Below, in pieces: positions 56,477-64,000 of a DNA stretch of 64,000 bases. The notes beneath the pieces were generated by a model that was given only the letters and a program-made list of their open reading frames with translations, searched no databases and was not told the origin of the DNA. This DNA comes from an uncultured Planctomycetaceae bacterium. GTDB lineage: Bacteria > Planctomycetota > Phycisphaerae > SM23-33. The translations under genes were made by a program, and so were the position numbers. Location: NCBI GenBank assembly GCA_964557575.1, contig CAZLBC010000017.1, positions 4,227 through 68,226 on the forward strand, read 5' to 3'. Within the stretch, counting starts at the first letter, position 1; the number at the start of each line of letters is the position of its first letter.

Positions 56477-58348
56477 ATGAAAACGAATCTCGACCGACGG
56501 ACATTTCTGAAGGCATCGGCCGCCGTCTCCGCGGCGGCATCATGCCGCATCACCCCGACCCGCGCGGCCGCGCCGGACGCGAAGCCGAACATCCTCTGGA
56601 TCACGAGCGAGGACAACGGCGTCTCCTGGATCAGTTGCTACGGCGGCGCGAACGCGAAGACCCCGACTATCGACGCCCTGGCCGCAGAGGGCTTCCGCTA
56701 CCGCTACTGCTTCGACAACGCCGCCGTCTGCGCGCCGACCCGCTCCTGCTGGATCACCGGCATGTACGCCGTCTCCAACGGCACCCAGCCGATGCGGAGC
56801 CGCAACCGTATCCCCCACGACAAAATCCCGTACTATCCCGACCTGCTGAAGAAGGCGGGCTACTACACCTCGAATCCCGGCAAGACCGATTACAACATCG
56901 GCGGCCGCCCCGACAAGGAATGCTGGGACCACAAGGGCGGCAAGGGATGGGGCTGGCAGAAACGCGCTAAGGGACAGCCCTTTTTCGCCGTGGTCAACAT
57001 CGGCGACAGCCACGAGAGCCGTGCGCACGGCAGCGTCGAAAAGACGCGGAACGACCCGGCGAAGATGAAACTCTTTTCCTACCATCCCGACCTCCCTGCA
57101 ATCCGGAAAAATTACGCCAAGTACGCCGATGCCGTGGAAAACATGGACCGCAAGGTCAAGCGCACCATAGACGCCCTGAAGGAGGACGGGCTCTACGAGG
57201 ACACCGTCATCGTCTACTGCTCGGACCACGGCGGCGTGATGCCCCGCAGCAAGCGCTTCGTCTACGCCAGCGGCATCCACTGCCCGCTGGTGGTCCGCAT
57301 CCCCGAAAAGTACAAGCACCTCTACCCGGCCGCTAAACCGGGAACGACCGTCGACCGGCTGGTCGGTTTCGTCGACATGCCCAAGACGTGGCTGAGCCTG
57401 GCCGGCGCGCCGATCCCCGACACGCTCCAGGGCACCGTCTTCCTCGGCCCGGGCACCGAACCGGAACCGACATACCACTTCGCCTTCCGTGAACGGGCCG
57501 ACGAGCGGCTCGACTGCGTGCGGGTGATCCGCGACAAGCGATTCGCCTACCACAAGAACTACATGCCGTACGCGCCGGCCGGGCAGTACCTCGCCTACCT
57601 CTGGCGGGCCGCCGCGGCCCGGGCGTGGGAAAAGCACCACCGGGAGGGCAAGACCGATGCGATCACGGGCCGGTTCTTCCGCCCGCGGGTCTCCGAGGAG
57701 TTCTACGACAACGAGAATGACTTCGACAACGTCCGCAACCTGATCGACAGCGCGGAACACGCCGAGAAGATCGCCGAGCTGAAGAAGGCCCTGCGGGCCA
57801 AGCAGCTCGAGCTGCGCGACTCCGGACTGATGCCGGAGAAGATGCGGGTCCGCCGCGCCGCGGAAAACAAGGTCACGATCTACGAGATGGTGCGCGACGA
57901 GAAGCTCTACCCGCTTCAGAAGTACCTCGACGCCGCCGACGCGGCCCTCGCCCGGGACCCGGGCAACCGGGCCGCGTTCGTCGCGCAGATGGCGGACGCC
58001 GACGAGTGCCTGCGGTGGTGGGCGGTCGTCGGCCTCCACCTGCTCGAAAAGGACGCGGCCCCGGCCGCGGCGGCGCTGGAAAAGGCGCTGGCCGACGACG
58101 CGCACGAGGTGCGGATGATGGCGGCGTGGACGCTGGTGACGGTGGGAAAGGCCGAGAAGGGCCTCGCCTGCCTCGACGCGCTGCTGAACGCAAAAACGAC
58201 CAACAAGAGCATGCTGCACAACATCCTGGACTGGATGGGCGAACCGGCCTTTCCGCTGATCAAGGCGTACGTCAAGAAACAGAGCAAGAAGAAAGGCCGC
58301 TACGGCACCAGCATCCTCGGCCACGTCGCGGAACTGCAGGGCTGGTAG
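56477..58348 (+). CDS. TAT-exported sulfatase (S1) with a C-terminal HEAT-like helical extension
   Basis: DRRTFLK; PNILWITSED; CAPTRS; SDHGG; C-terminal VR..AAW.L repeats. Confidence 0.92.
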   Translation: MKTNLDRRTFLKASAAVSAAASCRITPTRAAAPDAKPNILWITSEDNGVSWISCYGGANAKTPTIDALAAEGFRYRYCFDNAAVCAPTRSCWITGMYAVSNGTQPMRSRNRIPHDKIPYYPDLLKKAGYYTSNPGKTDYNIGGRPDKECWDHKGGKGWGWQKRAKGQPFFAVVNIGDSHESRAHGSVEKTRNDPAKMKLFSYHPDLPAIRKNYAKYADAVENMDRKVKRTIDALKEDGLYEDTVIVYCSDHGGVMPRSKRFVYASGIHCPLVVRIPEKYKHLYPAAKPGTTVDRLVGFVDMPKTWLSLAGAPIPDTLQGTVFLGPGTEPEPTYHFAFRERADERLDCVRVIRDKRFAYHKNYMPYAPAGQYLAYLWRAAAARAWEKHHREGKTDAITGRFFRPRVSEEFYDNENDFDNVRNLIDSAEHAEKIAELKKALRAKQLELRDSGLMPEKMRVRRAAENKVTIYEMVRDEKLYPLQKYLDAADAALARDPGNRAAFVAQMADADECLRWWAVVGLHLLEKDAAPAAAALEKALADDAHEVRMMAAWTLVTVGKAEKGLACLDALLNAKTTNKSMLHNILDWMGEPAFPLIKAYVKKQSKKKGRYGTSILGHVAELQGW

Positions 58349-58448
58349 GCAAGGGCGACCGCGCGGGCCCCGGCGGTAACGATAAAGTTATACGTTGCAA
58401 TCCGTTGGTATTAAACGTACTATCGTTGTCTATCGTGACGCATGATCC

Positions 58449-58466
58449 TGAAACCGTTACGTTTCA
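58449..58466. promoter_or_regulatory. Possible LacI-type operator palindrome
   Basis: TGAAAC-CGTTAC-GTTTCA in an AT-rich region upstream of the oxidoreductase. Confidence 0.3.
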
Positions 58467-58521
58467 CCGCCATCTGCAGAAAACTATTTCAATCAATCAA
58501 TAATAACAAAGGAGCCACAGC

Positions 58522-59877
58522 ATGAAGCAGACACTGAAGAGACGCACGTTCCTGAAAACCGCCGGCGCGGCGTCCGCCGCGGCGACGTTCCATATCGTCC
58601 CCTCCTTCGCGGCGCCCCCGAGCGACACGCTCCGCCTCGCGGTAATCGGTGCATCGCACCGGGGCGGCTCGATCGCCCAGTGGTGCGCCCGGGAGAAAGA
58701 AACCAGCCTCGTCGCCCTCTGCGACGTTCTTCCCAGCCGCGCCGACCGCGTCAAGAACAAGTACAACAAGAAGGCGCCCGTCTTCGACGACTTCCGGAAG
58801 ATGTTCGACACGATGGCCGACGACATCGACGCCTGCACCGTCGGCACCCCCGACCACGCCCACTTCCCGATCTGCATGCTCGCGATGTCTCATGGGAAAC
58901 ACATCTACGTGGAGAAACCCCTCGCCCACACCTTCGAAGAGTGCGAGCTGCTGATGAAGGCCGAGGCGAAGTACAAGGTCGCCTGCCAGATGGGCAACCA
59001 GGGGCATTCCGGCAACCAGCGCCGCCAGTTCCAGCAGTGGGTCGAGCGGGGCGTCATCAAGAACGTCACGAAAGTCGACGCCTGCATGAACAAGGGCCGC
59101 CGCTGGCATCCCTGGGGGAACGTGAAGGGCTACCCCAAGGCTGATCCGATGCCCGAGGGCATGAACTGGGACGTCTGGGCGGGAACCGCGGAGAAGCACG
59201 ACTACAGCAAGAAGTTCGATCACGGCAACTGGCGCGGCTGGCACATCTACGGCAACGGCGCGTTCGGCGACTGGGGGCCGCACACGCTCGACAGCATTCA
59301 CCGCTTCCTGAAACTCGGCCTGCCGTTCGAGGTCAGGGCCGACAAGCTCGAGGGCAAAAACGACTACATCTACCCGATGGCCTCCACCATCGCCTTCGAG
59401 TTCGCCGCCCGCGGCGACATGCCGGCGATGACGGTCTTCTGGTACGACGGCACCAGGAACAAGCCGCCGAAACCGGAGGGCATCGACACGAAGATACCCG
59501 GCTGCGGCAAGTTCATCTACTGCGAGGACCTGGTCATCAAGGGCGGCACGCACTCCGCGACGCACCAGATCATCGGCGGCAAGCGGGCGAAGGACATCGA
59601 CAAGCAGACCCTGAAACTCACCGGCAAGGCCGAGACCTCGACCGATCACATGAAGAACTTCATCAACGGGGCCCTGGGCAAGGAAGAGTGCAACTCGAAG
59701 TTCGCGGTCTCCGCGCCGCTGTGCCAGATGTTCGCGCTCGGCTGTATCGCCCAGCGCCTCGGCGGCACCCTGAAGTTCGATCCCAAGGCCAAGCGGATCA
59801 CCAACAACAAGCGGGCCGACGAGCTGCTGAGGGTCCCCCCGCGGAAGGGCTGGGAGGAGTTCTACAAGCTGGCGTAG
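58522..59877 (+). CDS. TAT-exported Gfo/Idh/MocA oxidoreductase
   Basis: KRRTFLK; AVIGASHRG; GTPDHAH; YVEKPLAH; QMGNQG; GDWGPH; AAAGGAG RBS. Confidence 0.93.
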   Translation: MKQTLKRRTFLKTAGAASAAATFHIVPSFAAPPSDTLRLAVIGASHRGGSIAQWCAREKETSLVALCDVLPSRADRVKNKYNKKAPVFDDFRKMFDTMADDIDACTVGTPDHAHFPICMLAMSHGKHIYVEKPLAHTFEECELLMKAEAKYKVACQMGNQGHSGNQRRQFQQWVERGVIKNVTKVDACMNKGRRWHPWGNVKGYPKADPMPEGMNWDVWAGTAEKHDYSKKFDHGNWRGWHIYGNGAFGDWGPHTLDSIHRFLKLGLPFEVRADKLEGKNDYIYPMASTIAFEFAARGDMPAMTVFWYDGTRNKPPKPEGIDTKIPGCGKFIYCEDLVIKGGTHSATHQIIGGKRAKDIDKQTLKLTGKAETSTDHMKNFINGALGKEECNSKFAVSAPLCQMFALGCIAQRLGGTLKFDPKAKRITNNKRADELLRVPPRKGWEEFYKLA

Positions 59878-60207
59878 GGCGGGATGAAACAAAAAGTCGG
59901 CTTCGCGACGATCGGCGCCCGCCGGCCCCGGATCATCGAGACGGCTACCCGGCATAAGGAGGGCCGGCCGATCGCATGCCGGAACGGCGGCCGCAACCGC
60001 CACGACATTGACAACAACCACCCCATGTCCGGCGACACGGTCCGGATTGAGAATTGCACGGATACGACGCGAGAGCATAACACCCGGCCACCGCCGGGGG
60101 AATAAGGTGAGCAAGGACGGCGCCCCGGGTACGCGGCAGCCGCTGCCAAGTATGTCGCCGACCTATACAGTACTTTTACGCATACACAACCCCGAAGGAG
60201 AGAACGC

Positions 60208-61662
60208 ATGCGAAGACGCGAGTTTCTCCGTGCCGCCGGTGCGGCAGCCGCGGCGGCGACCGTCCCGGCAACGGCCGCGACGACTGAAACACCCAATATC
60301 GTCCTGATCATGACCGACGACCAGGGCTGGGGGCAGACCGGCTACTACGACCATCCGCAGCTCAAGACGCCCAACCTCAACGCGATGGCCGCCGCGGGCC
60401 TGCGCTGCGATCGCTTCTACGCCGGCGGCCCCGTCTGCTCGCCGACCCGCGCGACCGTCCTGACGGGGCGGTCGCACTGCCGGACCGGCGTCATGGAACA
60501 CGGCTACGCACTCCGCACACAGGAGAAGACGCTGCCCGCGGCCCTGAAGGCGGCCGGGTACGCCACCGGCCACTTCGGGAAGTGGCACCTCAACGGCCTC
60601 CGCGGGCCCGGCGTACCCATCCTCAAAGACGACGATCACGGCCCCGGCGGCTTCGGCTTCGACCGCTGGCTGTCGGTCACCAACTTCTTCGACATGAACC
60701 CCGTCATGGGCCGCAGCGACGGCACCGTCGAGGAATTCACCGGCGACTCATCCTCCATCATCGTCTCGGCGGCCCTGACCTTCATCCGGGCGGCGCTGGA
60801 CAAAAAGAAACCCTTCTTCGCCGTGATCTGGGACGGCTCGCCGCACCGGCCGTTCGTCGCGAGCGCGGCGGACCGGAAACCCTTCAAAAAGTGTCCCGAA
60901 CACCTCGGCGAAATCCGGGCGTTCGACCGCAGCGTCGGCGTCCTGCGGCGGTCCCTGCGGGAGCTGGGGGTCGCCGACAACACGATCGTATGGTTCTGCA
61001 GCGACAACGGCGGGCTGCCCGACGACCCCGCCGCGGTCGGCAACCTGCGGGGCCGCAAGGGCTCGGTCTGGGAAGGCGGTCTCCGCGTCCCGGGGATCAT
61101 CGAGTGGCCCGCGGTCGTCGCGCCCCGCGTCACGAAGTATCCGGCGGCGACGATGGATATCTTCCCGACGCTGGCCGACATCGTCGGCCTGCCCGCGTCG
61201 TTCATGACCGCCCCCGTCGACGGGATCAGCCTCCTGCCGCTGCTGAAAGAGAGCATCGCCGCCCGAAAGAAACCGATCCCCTTCCGGTACCGCGACCGCG
61301 GGGCGCTGGTCGACAACCATCACAAGCTGGTCGCGACCGGCATCAAGAAGGAAACATACGCGCTCTACGACCTGGCGGCCGATCCCGGCGAGACGAAGGA
61401 CATCGCCGGTGAGAAGCCGGCGGTCTTCGCCCGGCTGAAAAAGACGTTCCGGGAGTGGAACGCCGCGGTCGAGGCCAGTATCCGGGGCGAGGATTACCCG
61501 GCGGGCAGGGTGCGTGACGGCGAGCCGAAACCCCACTTCTGGTGGGCGGACGAGCGGTACCGGCCCTACCTCGATGAGTGGATCAAACGCCCGGAATACC
61601 GCAACCGGCTCAAGAAGCATCTGAAGAAATCGCGGAAACATCGCGCCGATACACAGAAGTAG
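60208..61662 (+). CDS. TAT-exported sulfatase (S1)
   Basis: RRREFL; PNIVLIMTDDQG; CSPTRATVLTG; GKWHL; SDNGG. Confidence 0.95.
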   Translation: MRRREFLRAAGAAAAAATVPATAATTETPNIVLIMTDDQGWGQTGYYDHPQLKTPNLNAMAAAGLRCDRFYAGGPVCSPTRATVLTGRSHCRTGVMEHGYALRTQEKTLPAALKAAGYATGHFGKWHLNGLRGPGVPILKDDDHGPGGFGFDRWLSVTNFFDMNPVMGRSDGTVEEFTGDSSSIIVSAALTFIRAALDKKKPFFAVIWDGSPHRPFVASAADRKPFKKCPEHLGEIRAFDRSVGVLRRSLRELGVADNTIVWFCSDNGGLPDDPAAVGNLRGRKGSVWEGGLRVPGIIEWPAVVAPRVTKYPAATMDIFPTLADIVGLPASFMTAPVDGISLLPLLKESIAARKKPIPFRYRDRGALVDNHHKLVATGIKKETYALYDLAADPGETKDIAGEKPAVFARLKKTFREWNAAVEASIRGEDYPAGRVRDGEPKPHFWWADERYRPYLDEWIKRPEYRNRLKKHLKKSRKHRADTQK

Positions 61663-61726
61663 AACCGGACCGTCCGCACCCCCATTCGATGCGCCGGAAC
61701 GATGACCCCGAAGCAGGAGTACCACG

Positions 61727-63766
61727 ATGAAATCAGCCGCAAACCGGATACTGCTCGCAAGCCTGGTTACCGCCGCATTCCCCGCCGCGCTTCGCGCCGC
61801 GGGCGACCCGTACGACCGCCACGGCCTGGACATCCCCGTCGCCGGTGAGGTCAAACCGGTCCGCGTCGGCGACGTGGGCTGGCCGGAGAATTTCAGACCC
61901 GTGGACGACGAGGGCTGGTCGACATTCACCGCAACGCCGGACACCCGCATCCTGTACGTCGCCGCCAAGGGCGACGACGCGACCGCCGTCGTGTACGAAC
62001 CGGGCGACGACGCCGTGGGATCCGACCCCTTCAACCCCGCCGGGGACATCAAGCCGTTCGCCGATATCAACACCGCCCTCAAGAAGCAGCGGCCCGGAAA
62101 GCCGGACTGGATCCTGCTGCGGCGCGGTGATACCTGGCGGGGGCCGATCGCCGAGCAGTCCCTGCCCCCCGGCGCATCCGGGGACGAGCCGCGCCTGATC
62201 GGGGCCTGGGGCCCGCTTTCGACGCCCCGCCCGCAGATCACCGGCCGGGGCGCCGGCTTCCGGCTGGGCGGCCCCCACGCGGGGACTCAGCACGTCGCGA
62301 TCGTGGGCATCGAATTCTACAACAGTTGGAAGGACCCGCAGCACCCGGACTGGAAGGTCGACCTCGAGAAGGTGCACGGTAAGAGCGGCCACGAATACAT
62401 CAAGGAGCTGCGGGGCAAAAACCGGTCGGGCATTTCCTGGGGAAACGCCGACCGGCGGGGCGACCCCATGGAAAACGTCCTCGTCGAGGACTGCTGCCTG
62501 CGGTTCTGCCCGATCTCCGGGACCAACTTCGGGGCGGATATGAAGAACTTCGTGGTCCGCCGCACCGTGGTCGTCGACCACTACCCGCTCCGCGGCCACA
62601 CCATGGGCTTCTGGAACTCCGGGGGAAGCCTGCGGCTGGAGGAGAACATCGTCGACCACTGCGGGTGGTACAACCAGCGGGGGAAGGAGCCGAATATCGG
62701 CTGGGCAAACCCCCTCAGCCACAACCTCTACTACTCGAAGTGCTGGAACACGGCGCTGGTCCGGAACCTGTGGCTGCGCAGCGCGTCGATCGGCAACAAG
62801 TTCCGTGGCGACTGCCTGCGGTCCATCGGAAACCTGCTCCTCGACGACAACCTGTTCGTCGACGGCGAGCTGGGCCCCGGCATCAGCGGCAACTACCCCG
62901 GCCCCTTCCGCAACGTCAACGTCAACCTGGTCAACAACGTCCTCACGGACATCGGCCGGTCGCGGCCCACGAACCGCCACCTGGCGTGGTACTTTCCCCT
63001 CGCCGACTGGGACGGCGGAAACATCGCCAACAACCTCCTGGTCCGCCAGCACCACCCGGACATCACGAACGCCTACGGCATCAAGATGCGGGCGTCCGAG
63101 CGGCAGCGCGACAAGAAGACCGGGAAGCCGGTCACCGCGGGCCGGGGCAGCCTTCGGGGCAGGACCCGGAACGTGAACATCTTCGGCAACGTGGTGTACG
63201 GCATCAGGATGAACGAGCGGAACGCCGCACTGGTCCTGCTCGGCAACGGCGCGGGGGGATTCGAAAACATCCGGGTCTACGACAACCGGTTCCAGTGCCA
63301 GGTGTACCCCTGCACACTGGCCGTGGTGGCGGACCCGGCGGGCCTGTCGTTCGAAAACAACACCTGGTACTCCGCCGCGGAGAGAAAGCCGTTTCGGCTC
63401 GGGACCGGAAAAACGGCCCGCGAACTGTCGTTCGCGGAGTGGACGTCCGCCGTCGGCGAAAAGGGCGGGAGATACGAGAAGGTCGACTTTCCCGACCCGC
63501 GGCGCAGTATCGAGAACTACCTGCGGACACTCGGTTACGAGGGGACCGACGAGGAACTCTACGCGCGATTCTTCGCGGAGGCCCGCACGATGCGCCGCGG
63601 GGCCTGGCGGCGGGAATTCACCGCCCGCGCGATCAACGACTATTTCCGCGCGGGATTCGGCGTGCAGCGCGTGCCGCCGGATACACTGCCCCCCGTCCGG
63701 TGCGGGCCGTTTCGGCGGGAGTTCAGCTACCGCAAATTCCTCGACCGCGAAGAAAAGAAAAAGTAA
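61727..63766 (+). CDS. Secreted right-handed parallel beta-helix protein (putative polysaccharide lyase or binding protein)
   Basis: YVAAKGDD and WILLRRGDTW N-terminal cap; Asn/Gly-rich repeats (EENIVDHCG, DDNLFVDG, VNNVL, FENNTW); AGGAG RBS. Confidence 0.65.
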   Translation: MKSAANRILLASLVTAAFPAALRAAGDPYDRHGLDIPVAGEVKPVRVGDVGWPENFRPVDDEGWSTFTATPDTRILYVAAKGDDATAVVYEPGDDAVGSDPFNPAGDIKPFADINTALKKQRPGKPDWILLRRGDTWRGPIAEQSLPPGASGDEPRLIGAWGPLSTPRPQITGRGAGFRLGGPHAGTQHVAIVGIEFYNSWKDPQHPDWKVDLEKVHGKSGHEYIKELRGKNRSGISWGNADRRGDPMENVLVEDCCLRFCPISGTNFGADMKNFVVRRTVVVDHYPLRGHTMGFWNSGGSLRLEENIVDHCGWYNQRGKEPNIGWANPLSHNLYYSKCWNTALVRNLWLRSASIGNKFRGDCLRSIGNLLLDDNLFVDGELGPGISGNYPGPFRNVNVNLVNNVLTDIGRSRPTNRHLAWYFPLADWDGGNIANNLLVRQHHPDITNAYGIKMRASERQRDKKTGKPVTAGRGSLRGRTRNVNIFGNVVYGIRMNERNAALVLLGNGAGGFENIRVYDNRFQCQVYPCTLAVVADPAGLSFENNTWYSAAERKPFRLGTGKTARELSFAEWTSAVGEKGGRYEKVDFPDPRRSIENYLRTLGYEGTDEELYARFFAEARTMRRGAWRREFTARAINDYFRAGFGVQRVPPDTLPPVRCGPFRREFSYRKFLDREEKKK

Positions 63767-63907
63767 CGCGCCGCAGAAACCGGGTACGTTGCGAAACACA
63801 TGCCCTGTTTCAGCCCCGCGGTGCTTGTCAACACGCCCGGCACGCCCGCGGGCGGCGCGAGTATCACGCTTCGCTGCCGTATCATCATCCACACCGGCCC
63901 TGATTCT

Positions 63908-64000
63908 TTACCATATCACTTCGACGTCATACTGCTGAATAATATCATCCGGCGTCAGCAGCGGAACACCCTCCGCCCGGGCTGTCGCGATAAGCAAGCG
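63908..64000 (-). CDS. vapC: PIN-domain (VapC-like) toxin, C-terminal 30 aa; the gene continues beyond the window
   Basis: RLLIATARAEGVPLLTPDDIIQQYDVEVIW*, matching the PIN C-terminal pattern (R.LIA.A..EG..LLT.D...Y.V..IW). Confidence 0.7.
   Translation of the reverse strand, partial: RLLIATARAEGVPLLTPDDIIQQYDVEVIW

Noticed and set aside
59884-60105. 73-aa ORF with a DIDNNHP..GDTVRIENC patch resembling a beta-helix glycosidase fragment
   Set aside because: Too short to assign; it may be another deletion remnant but this cannot be supported without a search
1-64000. tRNA, rRNA, integrase or transposase genes
   Set aside because: No cloverleaf, rRNA signature or recombinase motif was recognised; a tRNAscan-SE/Infernal run would be needed to exclude them formally

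Overview
A 64 kb high-GC bacterial window. The gene repertoire (DUF4159, HEAT-ThuA fusions, giant methyltransferase-like/beta-propeller proteins, many TAT-exported sulfatases and Gfo/Idh/MocA oxidoreductases) suggests Planctomycetota/PVC, possibly Phycisphaerae; this is inference. Most of the window is secreted glycan and sulfated-glycan catabolism: GH5-like, GH97, GH106, GH129/101-like, PL14-like, 4 sulfatases, 2 Gfo/Idh/MocA enzymes, 2 ThuA-domain proteins and a beta-helix protein. There are two signalling modules: DUF4139-OmpR-histidine kinase, and REC-PP2C plus a hybrid kinase. Interspersed lower-GC patches carry defence/TA debris: a decayed type I RM locus with an AlbA_2/ATPase gene, an orphan hicB, an intact AbiE pair flanked by 14-bp direct repeats, a truncated higA, and a vapC at the right edge. 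The best non-coding signals, read by eye, are three. (1) A SAM-I/IV-type riboswitch with an intrinsic terminator and a 12-bp antiterminator in front of a trans-sulfuration enzyme. (2) Two sigma54 (-24/-12) promoters that share a homologous upstream palindrome at nearly the same distance; one drives a catalytic-domain-less PPC protein and the other a candidate ~145-nt small RNA with a GGA-rich apical loop. (3) TetR, AbiEi and OmpR operator candidates. No CRISPR array, tRNA or rRNA was seen. All family assignments come from motif recognition, not database searches.
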